From positions 20,113,144 to 20,177,143 of the forward strand of contig NC_092380.1 of the NCBI RefSeq assembly GCF_030028105.1: a stretch of 64,000 nt of DNA, in the 5' to 3' direction. Below the pieces are notes generated by a model that did no database searches, was not told the origin of the DNA, and worked only from the letters and a program-made list of their open reading frames with translations. The translations under genes were made by a program, and so were the position numbers. Below, one piece after another: positions 11,450 to 24,369 of this stretch (position 1 is the first letter of the stretch; every line of letters begins with the position of its first letter). The DNA comes from Mobula birostris (lineage: Eukaryota).

Positions 11450-13510
11450 ACACACAAAATGTGAAGGAAGTCAGCAGATTAGGCAGCATCTATGGAAATG
11501 AATAGGGCGAAAACCTTCTTCAAGACCAGAAAGGAAGGGAGAAGATACCAGAATACAAAGGTGTGGGGAAGGGAAGGAGAATAGCCAGGAGGAGATAGGC
11601 GAAGCCAGGTGGGTGGGAAAGGTAAAGGTCTGGAGAGGAAGGAATCTGATAGGAGAGGAGAGTGGACCACAGAAGAAAGGGAAGGAGGAGGGGACCCGGG
11701 GAGGTGAGAAGAGGGAAGAGGCCAGAGTGAGGAATAAAAGAGGGGAGGGGGAGGTCAAAAAAAAATCCTGGAAGGAGAAATTGGTATTCATACCATCAGG
11801 TTGGAGGCTACCCAGATGGAATAGAAGCTGTTGCTCCTACACCCTGAGGGTGGTCTCATCTTGGCACAAGAAGAGGCCATGGACCGACATGTCGGAATGG
11901 CAGTGGGAATCGGAATTAAAATGTTTGGCCAATGGGATGATCTGCTCTGGTGGGTGGAGCGGAGGTACTCAATGAAGCAGTCCCACAACTTATGATGGGT
12001 TTCACCAATGTAAAGGCCACATTGGGAGCACCAGACACGATAGACAACCCCGGCAGACTCACAGGGCAAGTGTAGCCTCACCTAGAAGGACTGTTTGGGG
12101 CCCTGAATTGAGGTGAGGGAGGAGGTGAATAGACAAGTGTAGCACATAGGCTGCTTGCAGGGGTAAGTGCTGGGAGCGAGATTAGTCAGGAGGAACAAAT
12201 GAACAAGGGAATCATGGAGGAAGCAATCCCTGTGGAGGGTGGAGGGTGGTAGGGGGGAAGGCCATAAAGATATATTTAGCAGCAGGAATCCTTTAGAGAT
12301 GGCGGAGTTGTGGAGGATGATGTGGCGGATGCGGGGGCTCATGAGATGGTATGCAAGGATGAGGGAAACTATCACTGTTAAGATGGCAGGAAGATGGGGT
12401 GAGCACAGTTGTCGGGAAACGAAGGAGATGCGGGTGAGAGCAGCATCAATAATGGAGGAAGGGAACCTCCACTCTTTGAGGAGAGTGGGACATCTCTGAT
12501 GTCCTGGAAAGGAAGGCTGCATCCTGGGAACGATGCAGCGGGGGCGAAGGAACTGAGAAAAGGGAATAGGATCTTTACAGGAGACAGGGTGTGAAGAGAT
12601 AACTGTAGGAATCAGTTGACAGTTTGCCTCCAGAGATGGAAAGAGAGATAGATCGGGAAAAGGGAGGGAAGTGTCAGGAGTGGACCAAGTAAATTTAAGA
12701 ACAGGGTGGAAGCTGATGAAATCGATGAGCTCAGCATGGGTGTGTCAATGCTGTCATCAATGTCGCAGAGGAAGAGTTGGAGAGCATTACTGGTGAAGGC
12801 TTGGAACAAGGATTGTTCTGTGTAGCCGGTGAAGAGGCAGACATAGCTTGGCCCATGAAGGTCCCCATGGCTATCTCTCGAGTCTGGAGAAAGTGGGAGG
12901 AGCTGAAGGAAAAATTGTTGAGGGTGAGGATCAGTTCTGCCAAATGGAGGGTGGTGGTGATGGTGGGGGGGGAGCCAGTGGTTGGTTCTTTTATTGAGAA
13001 TGAAACAGAGAGCTTTCAGGCCTTCTGGGTGGGGGATTGAAGTGTATAGAGACTGAACATCCATGGTGAAAATGAGGCAGTCAGGGCCAGGGAACTGAAA
13101 GTTACTGAGAAGATCGAGGGCATGAGAGGTGACACAGGAGTGTGAGAGGTGCTGCCTGGTCTGAGCAAGATAGATCAAGACTGAACCAAGGGGGATAGAA
13201 TGGAGTTGAGGTACGAGGACACGAATTCAGTGAGGCAGGAGCAGGCAGGGACAATAGGCCGGCCTGGACGGTGAGGTTTGCGGATCTTGAGTAGGAGGCA
13301 GGAGCGAGCAGTACGGAGCTAGGGAAATATGGGATTGGCAGCAGTGATGGGAGTTCTCCAGAGTGGATGAGGTCAGTGGTGGACTCAGACTTCAAGGGGT
13401 AGGTATGAGGAGGGGTGATGGTCCGAGGTGTGGTCCCCTTCAAGGGGTAGGTTTGAGGAGGAGTGTGAGAGGTGCTGCCTGATCTCAGCAAGACAGAGGT
13501 CAGTGCGCCA
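11450..13510 (-). mobile_element. Penelope-like element (RT + GIY-YIG), degraded
   Basis: FTMDVQSLYTSIPH and ELILTLNNFSF...AMGT (PLE RT), plus VVYRVWCSQCGLYIGET (GIY-YIG). Its terminal segment at 11450-11760 matches the many short intronic copies. Confidence 0.9.
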
Positions 13511-13724
13511 CACTGCAACAGCACCCACTTAGTCTGCGGGTTTGATGGTAAGGTTGGGATCGGTCCTGAACCCTTTGTTACAGTCCACCTAAAGGTCTTC
13601 ATGATGTCTGGTCAGGAGCCATCCTTCCAGAGTTTGCTACACTTAATACCAAGTTGCCTAACCTTGTTGAACCTTGTAACCTTTTAGTGTCATTTGGCAG
13701 AACTAAAGAGAATAAAATACTCAC

Positions 13725-13871
13725 CACTTGGAGACTTGCTGAAATATCTCCTGACAATGTAAACTGCCAGGAGCACCAATATAACCACAACAATAACCAT
13801 CGGTATCGTCCATCTATGATGTGTTACACTCTCAGAAACTATGGCATTTTTATCAGTATCCAAGGGTTCTT
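13725..13871 (-). CDS. Stalk + transmembrane exon (E)EPLDTDKNAIVSESVTHHRWTIPMVIVVVILVLLAVYIVRRYFSKSPS
   Basis: Acceptor tttgtatttctacag|AA and donor AGTG|GTGAGT; 147 nt, phase 1-1. About 20 hydrophobic residues followed by an RR stop-transfer motif. Confidence 0.9.
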
Positions 13872-15056
13872 CTGTAGAAATACAAAAATGTCTGTTGGTT
13901 ATTGATATAAATACTGAAAACAAAAACCAATAAAAATGTTTGCATCATCTTTGTAGGCATGGAGAATACAATCAATAGTCCATAAAGTTATAAATTGCAT
14001 TTAATGCTTCAAAGTTGCCAAAATGAGCAGCAGTTATGAGAAGTAACTTATGGACTCAGGCAGCAGTGACAGCCGCCGTTAACAAATTTCAGAGCTACAC
14101 ACAAAATTATGAGAGGGTAAATGCAAGCAGGCTTTATCCACTGACATTGGGTGAGACCAGGACTAGATGTCATGGGTTAAGGGTGAAAGGTGAGATGTTT
14201 AAGGGGGACATGAGGGGCAACATCTTCACTCAGAGGGTGGGGATGGTGTGGATTAAGCTGCCAGCGGAAACGGTGGAAGCGGGTTCAATTTCAGCATTTA
14301 AGAGAAATTTGGATAAGTACATGGACGAGAGGGCTACAGTTCTGGGTATATGCTGATGGAACTAGGCAGAATAATATTTTGGCATGGTGTAGATGGGCCA
14401 AAGGGCCTGTTTCTGTCCTTTAGTGTTCTATGACAGAGGTAATGGGAAATGCAGAGATATAGAAATACTCTCCTGCTTTGTCATTCCTCTTCCCCATACA
14501 AAGGAAATTATTGGCATTAAAATCTCTTTCTTTCTTCCCCTTTCTGTAAGTGTATACCTCAGATAAGTATTATGTGGAGATTTGTGACAAGTATGATTAT
14601 ATGGCATATATGTACAGTGTCTGAAATACATCCTGTGGAAATGTTTATTTGAAGATGAAATTCAATAAAAAATAAATTACCAAAAAGAATTCTCCTCTTG
14701 ATCTTCATAAGTAATGATAATTTTTTAAATTCACTATTATATCTGGGGCAAATTCCTTTGGCTTTCAACTTCCAATTAAGTTAAACTAGTTATTCATTTA
14801 CCCTTTTCCTTATTTCTGAATCCAGCCATTGGCTCTCTTCGCCTCCTGCTCCTGAAGCCATACACTTTTAACCTCCAGATTCATAATCTATACTGCAGCC
14901 TTCACACAGATTCGGTCTAATTGTACAGTTCACACTGAGCACCATGCACCCTAGACACAACTTCCACTGAATCTTGCACATTTGTTGTGTAAATCCTAAA
15001 CAACACTGAGCTGGCAAGAGCAGGACTGTCCGCAGTGAAATGGTCCCTTCAGCTAG

Positions 15057-15317
15057 GGCAGCACAGTAGCTTTACAGTGCAGGTGATACGGGGTCAATAC
15101 CCGTCACTGCCTGTTTGTAGGTTCTCCCCGTGACCACATGGGTTTCCTCCAGGTGCTCCGGTTTCCTCCCACAATCCAAAGATGCACCGGTTGGCAAGTT
15201 AATTGATCATTGTAAATTGTCCTGTCAGTACTAGATTGAGGTAGGCTAGGATTAGGCTGGGCAGCGTGGCTTGAAGGCCCGGGAGGGCCAATTCCACGCT
15301 GTATTTCAATAAATAAA
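15057..15317 (+). mobile_element. HE1/V-SINE-like element
   Basis: V-domain gggtttcctccaggtgctccggtttcctcccacaatccaaaga and CR1-like tail. Siblings near 7570, 16380, 23830(-), 32650(-), 39830, 48122 and 57050(-). Confidence 0.85.
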
Positions 15318-16777
15318 CAAAATGAAAGGAAGTATAAATCATTAAGTGAAAAATAGCTGCATTTATTTTATACTAACAAAATTCTGAGCAACGAAAAGAA
15401 TGACCCGGAGACCTTTCTCTTTGTAGAACATAGATGAACTTACCCCAACTCGGCAAGCTCTACAACTCATTCCCAAAGAAATCAAATGTCGAAAGGCCTC
15501 AGTAGGGTGGATGTGGAGGGGATGGTGAGGGGAGTCTAAGACCAGAGGACATAGCCTCAGAATAGAAGGACACCATTTTAGAACAGAGATGAGGAGGAAT
15601 TTCTTTAGCTAAGCGTGTGAATATGTGCAATTCATTGCCACAGGCTGCTATGGAGGCCAAGTCATCGGCTATATTTGAAGTTGATAGGTTTTTGATTAGT
15701 TAGGGCATGAAGGGATATGGGGAGAAGGCAGGAGAGTGGGGCTGAGAGGGAAAATGGAGCAGTCACGGTGAAATGGCAGACTCGATGGGCCAAATGGCCT
15801 AATTCTGCTCCTATATCTTGTGGTTTTAAATGACAATCAAGAGAGGAAAAAAAATAAAGAAACCCTGCAGATGTCGGAAATCTGAAACAAAATCAGAAAA
15901 TGCTGAAAATGTTTGTCAAATGCAAGGAGAGGGCCAAATGTTTCCGGTGAAAACCCTTAATAAAATCCAGCAGGGTTCAAAGCCTAGGCGCCAGAGGTCT
16001 GCAATCACTGCCAGAAACTGTAAATGTAGTAAGTTGTTGTTTTTTTATAAAGTTTTGTAATGAACACAGGATCAAATTCCCTGCTGAAGTCCCCCCAAGG
16101 ACAAATGATTTTGACAGCAGCTGGAACTGGTTAAAGAATTCGGCACTGCTTTGGCATGGATTGTGAAATCGGAACTCCGCAAATTAACAAACTAAAACAA
16201 GAACATGATTATCATCGCAGTGAAAATAAAACAAAATGAAATCTGCAAATGCTAGAAATCTAAAATTAAAACGGAAAATGGATAGTATGGTAAGCACTGC
16301 AGTTATTGTAACCCTGTTACAATGACAGTGATCCAGTGAAATTCCTCTGCTATCTGTATGAAATATGTACATCCTCCCATGACTGTGTTGATTTCCTCTG
16401 GGTGCTCCAGCTTCCTCTCGCATCCCAACAACATTTGGGTTAATAGGTTAACCGGTCATATGGGTGAAACTGAATGGCACGAGCTCGTTAGGCAGGAAAG
16501 ATCTGTTACTGTGTTGTATCTCTAAAACAACTAATGCTCAAAAATCTCAGCAGGTCAGAGCACATCTGTGCAAAGAGAAACAGAGTCAACGTTTTTGGTT
16601 GAGGCCCCTGAAACTTTCCAACAAACGCACTAAGCTTGTCATCTATATTTCGTTCGTTAGGTGCTGTCATATGACATCATCATTATGTGCCGTGCCATAT
16701 GACATCATCATTATGCACCATGCCATATGACTTCACCATTATGTGTTGTGTCGTACGATGTGGGCGATTGTGGTCTT

Positions 16778-18190
16778 TAACCATATAACCATATAACAAT
16801 TACAGCACAGAAACAGGCCATCTTGGCCCTTCTAGTCCATGCCGAACTCTTACTCTCACCTAATCCCACCGACCTGCACTCAGCCCATAACCCTCCATTC
16901 CTTTCCTGTCCATATATCTATCCAATTTAACTTTAAACAACAACATCGAACCTGCCTCAACCACTTCTGCTGGAAGCTCATTCCACACAGCTACCACTCT
17001 CTGAGTAAAGAAGTTCCCCCTCATGTTACCCCTAAACTTTTGCCCTTTAACTCTCAACTCATGTCCTCTTGTTTGAATCTCCCCTACTCTCAATGGAAAA
17101 AGCCTATCCACGTTAACTCTATCTATCCCCCTCATAATTTTAAATACCTCTATCAAGACCCCCTCAACCTTCTACATTCCACAGAATAAAGACCCAACTT
17201 GTTCAACCTTTCTCTGTAACTTAGGTGATGAAACCCAGGTAACACTCTAGTAAATCCTCTCTGTATTCTCTCTAATTTGTTGACATCTTTCCTATAATTC
17301 GGTGACCAAAACTGTACACAATACAGTACTCCAAATTTGGCCTCACCAATGCCTTGTACAATTTCAACATTACATCCCAACTCCTATACTCAATGCTCTG
17401 ATTTATAAAGGCCAGCATACCAAAAGTTTTCTTCACCACCCTATCCACATGAGATTCCACCTTCAGGGAACTATGCACCATTATTCCTAGATCCATCTGT
17501 TCTACTGCATTCTTCAATGTCCTACCATTTACCATGTATGTCCTATTTTGATTAGTCCTACCAAAATGTAGCACGTCACATTTATCAGCATTAAACTCCA
17601 TCTGCCATCTTTCAGCCCACTCTTCTAACTGGCCTAAATCTCTCTGCAAGCTTTGAAAACCTACTTCATTATCCACAACTCCACCTATCTTAGTATCATC
17701 TGCATACTTACTCATTCAATTTACCACCCCATCATCCAGATCATTAATGTATATGACAAATAACATTGGACCCAGTACAGATCCCTGAGGCGCACCACTA
17801 GTCACCGGCCTCCAATCTGACGAACAGTTATCCACCTCTACTCTCTGACGTCTCCCATCCAGCCACTGCTGAATCCATTTTACTACTTCAATATTAATAC
17901 CTAACGATTGAACCTTCCTAACCAACCTTCCATGTGGGACCTTGTCAAAGGCCTTACTGAAGTCCACATAGACAACATCCACCGCTTTACCCTCGTCAAC
18001 TTTCCTAGTAACCTCTTCAAAAAATTCAATATGATTTGTCAAATATGACCTTCCACATACAAATCCATGTTGACTGTTCCTAATCAGACCCTGTCTATCC
18101 AGATAATTATATATACCATCTTTAAGAATACTTTCCATTGATTTACCCACCACTAACATCAAACTCACAGGCCAATAATTGCTAGGTTTA
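16778..18190 (-). mobile_element. CR1 LINE 5'-truncated fragment
   Basis: Minus ORFs 17716-18228, 17272-17715 and 16860-17156 with RT motifs ([18 protein letters not shown]). 3' tail (atatggtt)n near 16778. Confidence 0.93.
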
Positions 18191-18602
18191 GTCTTAGAAC
18201 TTCCGTGGCCATGATCGTTCTTGAGCAAATTTTTCTACAGAAGTGGTTTGCCATTGCCTTCTTCTGGGCAGTGTCTTTACAAGACAGGTGACCACCCTCC
18301 CGCTCCCAGCCATTAACAACACTCTTCCGGGATTGTCTGCCTGGCGTCAGTGGTCGCATGACCAGGACTTGTGATGTGCACCGGCTGCTCATACGACCAT
18401 CCAACACCCACTCCCATGGCTTCATGTGACCCTGATTGAGGGCGAAGCAGGTGCTACACCTTGCCCAAGGGTGACCTGCAGGCTAGCGGAGGGAAGGAGT
18501 GCCTCACACCTCCTTTGGTAGAGACGAATCTCCACCCCTACACTTAACGTCTATCTTGAAGGAAATTTTAAGGAGAAAGGTGTGTTTGCTATTTTCACTT
18601 AC

Positions 18603-18890
18603 CCCTGAAATACGTTGCAGTTTTATTCTCCTTCAGCTTAGCGTTGTATATCTTACAGGTAACGTTGTTAACTGGGCTCTGGATCCTCAGAGTGGAGGTA
18701 ATATTGCAGAGGTGCTCAGGAGAACAATTAGTGTAAACCTTGGCCGTACTGTTTTCATCGATGTCCAGGAAGCCACTGGTCCAGTGTACAGTTGGTTCTG
18801 GATAACCTCCGCATGAGGAGCAAGTCAGCCTCATGGGCTCCCCTTCATTCTGTTCTCCCTCTACGGTCAGTTCAGGGTCTTTGTAGTGGG
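18603..18890 (-). CDS. IgC (B7 membrane-proximal) exon (A)HYKDPELTV...MRLTCSSCGGYPEPTVHW...NITSTL...VTCKIYN...TYFR
   Basis: Acceptor ttttcatttctag|CC and donor AGGG|GTAAGT; 288 nt, phase 1-1. B7 motif LTCSSxxGYPEPxVxW and F-strand VTC. Confidence 0.95.
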
Positions 18891-20059
18891 CTAGAAATGA
18901 AAATGGACGTTAGTGGTTGATCGCAGGGTCTGCCAGTCAGTTTCATCAGTCAGATCACATCACTTCCAGCAATTACTGAGCATGGATCCACAACCATTCC
19001 CCAGTTTTCCACTAGTATCCCAGAGCTTCAAGCTGACTATTCAATTGCTCACTCGGGGTAGCCATCACCGGAAAGGGCATCAGTTTTATCAATTCCAGTT
19101 GCCCATGAACTGAGGAGGTATCTGGGCCAGACAAGGACAGCATGAAACAGTCTGTGGAGTAACTCAGTGGGTCAGGCGGTATCTGTGGAGACAGGGACAG
19201 TGGGATGGTCAACGTTTCGGATTGTAGGGGCACTGGCCAAGCCCACTTCCTTTCAAATGGGTTGTTATGACAGCTAATTGCTTCATGACTAGGAGCATCT
19301 GTTCGTAATTCCTGCTGGGCATGTTATTACTTGAATTTAAATATTAAATTCCCCAGCTGTCATGGTGAAAAACGATCCATGTCACTGAAACCAAGAGTTA
19401 TAGTGTGATACAGCATAAAAGCCACCCGCCAAGGTCCCCCTCCCCAACCGTCGTCAAGCTCCCTTACCTGCCCTACCCCAGTCTACTTTCCAACAGCCTC
19501 AAGTCAGATTCTACCACTCACCTACACACTGGGAAACTTAGTGTTCAGCTAACCTACTAACCTGGCATGTCTTGGCATTACAGAGGGTGGGCTGGTGGGG
19601 GGGGGGGGCGGGAAGCACTAGTGAACCTGGGGGAAGTTCATGCAGACAGAGGGAGAACACACCATCACAGGTCACGACTGAACCTGTGAGCTCTATAAAA
19701 CCATGGTTCCACCATACTTGGAATATTCTGTTCCGTTCCAGTCGTCTCATTATAGGAAGGACGTGCAAGCTTTAGAGAGGGTGCGGAGATGATCTACCTG
19801 GATTAGGGAGCATGTTCAAAGCTCAGAGTAAGTTCGTTATCAATGTTCATACATGTCACCACACATTTTCATGTGGGCATTCACAGTAAGTACAAAGAAA
19901 ACACGACAGAATCAACGAAAAACCGCACACAACAAAGATGGACATACAACTGATATACAAGAGACAACAAACTATGCAAATACAAAAAGAAAAAAAAATA
20001 AGCAATAAGTATCAAAAATTTGAATTGTAGAGTCCTTGAAAGTGAGCCCACAGGGTTGT

Positions 20060-21720
20060 GGAAACAGTTCAGTGATGGGGCAAGTGAAGTTGAGTAAAGT
20101 TATCTCCTCTGGTTCAAGTTCAAAGTAAAATATATTATTAGAGTACATACATGTCACCACATACAACCCTGAGGTTCTTTTGCCTGCGGGCATACGTAGC
20201 AAATCTACAGAACAGTAACTGTAAACAGAATCAATGAACAACGAACCGTGCAAAAACAAATATAAATAAATTGCAATAAATAAACAAGTATGAAATAACA
20301 AGATAAAGAGTCCTTAAAGTGAGACCATCGGTTGTGGGAATGAGTTTAGTTATCCCCTTCTGTTCAAGAGCCTGATGGTTGAGGGGTAGTAACTGTTCTT
20401 GAACCCTGAGGCACTTGTAACTTCTACCTGATGGTAGCAGTGAGAAAAGAGCACGACTCGGGTGTGAGGATCTTTGATGATGGATGCTACTTTTCTACGG
20501 CAACATTTCATGTAGATGTGCTCCATGGTTGGGAGTGCTTTACCCGTGATGTACTGGGCCAAATCTACTACCTTTTATAGGATCTTCTGCTCAAAGGCAT
20601 TGGTGTCCCCATACCAGGCTGTAATGCAGCCGGTCAGCACACTTTCTACCACACATCTATAGAAGTTCGCAAGGCTTTTGATGACATGCCAAACCTCCAC
20701 GGGCTCATGAGGAAGTAGAAGCACTGTTGTGCTTTCTTTGCAATTTTATTTATATGATTGGTCCAGGATAGGTCCTCTGAGATAGTGACACCCAGGAGTT
20801 TAAAATAACTGGCTTTCTCCATCTCTGATCCTCCAATGAATACTGACTCATGGACCTCTGGTTTCCCTCTCGTGACGTCTACAATCAGTTCCTTGGTCTT
20901 GCTGACATTGAGTGAGAGGTTAGTGTTATTACACCTCTCTGCCAGATTTTCAGTCTCTCCTGTTTGCTGATTCATCACCACCTTTAATTCAGCCCACAAC
21001 AGTGGTGTCATCAGCAAACTCAATATATGCTGTTGGCACTGTACTTGGCCACACTGTCATAGGTGCAAAGCCAGTAGAGCAGGAGGAGACACACAAAATG
21101 CTGGAGGAACTCAGCAGGCCAGGCAGCGTCTATGGAAAAGAGTACAGTCGACGTTTCGGGCAGAGACCCTTCAGCAGGGCTAAGAGCAGGGGACTAAGCA
21201 CACAGCCCTGTGGCGGTCCTGTGCTGATGGAGATTGTGGAGGAGATGTTTTCGCCAATCCAAACGGACTGGGATCTGCCAGTGAGGAAATTCAGGATCCA
21301 ATTGCAAAGTAGGCATTGAGGCCCAGGTCTTAGAGTTCACAGATTGGTTTTGAGGGGACGAAGATATTAAATGCTGAGCCTGATAGTTGAGGGGTAATAA
21401 TTGTTCCTGAACCTGGTAGTGTAGAACCTGAGGCTCCTGTACTTCTTTCCTGGTAGCAGCAGTGAGAAGAGAGCATGGCCTGGACGGCAGCGGTCTTTGA
21501 TGATAGATGCTACTTTCTGACAACAATGCTCCTTGTACTTTCTCAATGGTGGGGAGGCTTTTACCATGATAGACTGTGCTGTGTCCACTGTTTTTTGTTG
21601 GCTTTTCCATTCAAGGAATTGGTGTTTCCATACCAGGCCGTGATGCAGTCAGGGTACTCTCCATTGTACATCTATAGAAGTTTGTCAAAGTTTCAGATGA
21701 CATGCTGAATCTTTGCGAAC
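20060..21720 (-). mobile_element. Rex1/Babar-like LINE fragments
   Basis: NNTNLSLNVSKTKELIVD, KVASIIKD...HALFSLLLPGKKYRSL...FRNNYYPSTIRL, and the characteristic 3' UTR. Confidence 0.8.
21084..21182 (-). mobile_element. 99-bp Penelope terminal mini-insertion in a Rex-like LINE
   Basis: 8-bp direct repeat agagcagg at 21076-21083 and 21183-21190. Confidence 0.8.
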
Positions 21721-22419
21721 TTCTAAGAAAGTATTGGCACTGCCTGTGCCTTCTTTGTAATGGCAAAGTTGCTGACCTGTCTTATGAGGAACATGTCTTA
21801 TGAGGAAGGGTTGAGGGAGCTAAGGCTTTTCTCCATGCAGTGAAGGAGGATGAGGGGTGTGTTAGATGATAAGAGGCTTGGGTCGAGTGGATAGCCAGAG
21901 ACTTTTTTCCAGGGTAGAAATGGTTGATACGAGGGGTCATTTTAAAATGATTGGAAGGAAGTGTAGGGGGATGTCAGTGCTGGCTGTGTGCAACGTGCAG
22001 CCCAGGGCAGTGGTAGAGGCAGATACATTCGTAATCTTTAACCCTTAGATAGACACATGGATGACAGAAAAATGGAGGGCTATGTAGGAGGGAACGATTA
22101 GATTTATCTTAGAGTACATTGAAAGATCAGGACAACATAGGGCCTGTACTGTACCATGCTGTAATGTCCTATGTTGTATGTGAGACACCAGCTCTAATTG
22201 CAGTACACTACAAGTACTACAAGAACCAGCATAGTGCTGTCAATGTTGACCAGGGCTCAGGCTTCAGATTTCCCAGTTCAACATTAACTTGCCACTGTCC
22301 ACATTAACTTGAAACCACGCTGATTCGAAATGATAATGTATTTGCCAAAGAGATGGAGCCAACAGTATGAATTAGTCGTTTTCTCAGAACAAAGGAGACT
22401 ATCTGGAGTAGAGTTACAG

Positions 22420-23210
22420 GGGAGAGAGCAGAATCAGGTTTGATATCACTGGCAAATATAGAGAAGAGAAAAACTGAATTACATTAAGTATATATGTATA
22501 TGGCTATTAAATAGGTAAGTTAAAATAAATAGTGCAAAGAACAGTAATTTAAAAAAGTAGTGATATAGTGTTCTTGGGTTCAATGTCCATTTGGAAATCA
22601 GATGGCAGAGGGGAAGAAGATGCTCAGGAATCACTGAGTGTGCGCCTTCAGGCTTCTGTACCTCCTTCCTGATGGTAGCAATGAGAACAAGGCATGTCCT
22701 GGGTGGTGGGGGTCCTTAATGATGGATGCTGCCTTCCTAAGGCACTGCTCCTTGAAGATGCTGGATACTACGGATCCTTGTACCCATGATGGACCTGACT
22801 AATTTTGCAAGTTTCTGCAACTTACTTCAATCCTGTGCCCCATACCAGACCGTCAGAATGCTCTCCACAGTACATCTGTAGAAGTTTTCAAGTATTTTAG
22901 GTGACAAACCAAATCTCCTAATGAAATACAGCCGCTGTCTTGCCTTCTTTACAGCTGCAGTGATATGTTGGGACCAGGTTAGATCCTCAGAGATATTGAC
23001 ACCCAGGAACTTGAAATTGCTCACTCTCTCCACTTCTGATCCCTTGATGGGGATTGGTTCGTGTTCCCTCATCTTACCCTTCCTGAAGTCCACAATCAGC
23101 TCTTTGGTCTTGTTGACATTAGGTGAAAGGTTGTTGCTGGGACACCACTCAACCAGTCGGTATATCTCCCTCCTGTATGTCCCTTCATCACCATCTGAAA
23201 GGTGGTGAAA
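22420..23210 (-). mobile_element. Rex1/Babar-like LINE fragment
   Basis: DGDEGTYRREIYRLVEWCPSNNLSPNVNKTKELIVDFRK. Confidence 0.85.
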
Positions 23211-23828
23211 AAAAGCCACGTCATCCCACAGAGAACATGCACCGAGTTATTGTTCTGTACTTCATACTCAGTGCAAGAGAGGCCTGGGTGCAAACAACCC
23301 AATGAAGCGACCTGGCAGAAACCGTCACAACAGACATTAGAAGAGAATGGTGTCAACAGAAAGTCCCCGGAAGGAGTGTGTGACCAGTGACACATAGGCA
23401 ACTTCAAAGGGGGAGAGGAGCAGAGCTAGGTGTGAGGTGTGATCTGGTGGCTAACCCTTATGCTTTTGATCCGTCAGGTTGTGGTTTCCATTAAAGCAGT
23501 CTGGCCACAGGCACCAGCAAGGTGCTGACTGAGCGATGTCTGTCAGCCGAGATCTTACACAAAGCGGATCAAGGGCGATCCCGCAGCACAACCTTAACTC
23601 AGATCGAAGGAGTTCCCCTCATGCCCTGGCTAGTTTTTATCCCCTGGCCAGTACTGCTAAAAGTACAGATTATCTGTCACACTGCTTGTCTGGGGAACTC
23701 TGACACATGTGAAATGTCCGAGCTCAAGGACAGATACTACCCCTGCTATTATAAAACTATTGGATAATTCCCTAGCACAATAACATGGTCTCTTGACATT
23801 GCAATCTATCTCGTTATGATTTCACTTA

Positions 23829-24085
23829 TTTTATTTCGCCATACCACTCCCTTCCGGCCCTTCGAGCTGCACCACCCCAGCAACCCCGATTAAGCCTAGC
23901 CCAATCACGGGACAGTTTACAACGACCGATTCACCTGCCCAGTACGTCTTTGGACCGTGGGAGGAAACTGGAACACCCGGGGAGAACCCCACACATTCTG
24001 GGGGGAGGGCGTACAGAGACTCCTTACAGAACGGCACCGGATTGAATTCCGATCTCTGGAACGCGCCAAGCTGCTGACCGCTATG
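23829..24085 (-). mobile_element. HE1/V-SINE-like element
   Basis: Reverse complement of the V-domain (tgggaggaaactggaacacccggggagaaccc). Confidence 0.8.
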
Positions 24086-24369
24086 CTTCCGCGCTGCCTT
24101 TTTCTTGCGGTTTGTTGCTTACACCTTACCCTGAATTCTGGTATTGGTTTACCTTCTTCTACCTCAATGCAGTGTGTGTGAACAGTACACAGGATAAGTT
24201 TTCACTGTATCTCAGTAATAAACCAACTGGAGAGACAGCAGTGGCAGAACTTCATCAGAAGTTCTGTGCCAGGATGGCCAACTGCTTGCTCACTAACAGT
24301 CGGAGGCACTTCAAGGTCCCGGCATCCAGAAATCGACCTAAAGGTTAATAACCACATGCATTGTCGGGG

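Noticed and set aside
1-13724. Butyrophilin identity (heptad exons plus B30.2 domain)
   Set aside because: No B30.2/SPRY-like ORF or series of heptad exons is visible downstream of the TM exon within the window.
13690-13724. Read-through tail GEYFILFSSAK* as an alternative terminal exon
   Set aside because: A strong GTGAGT donor is present and no nearby minus-strand polyadenylation signal was seen, so there is no support beyond chance.
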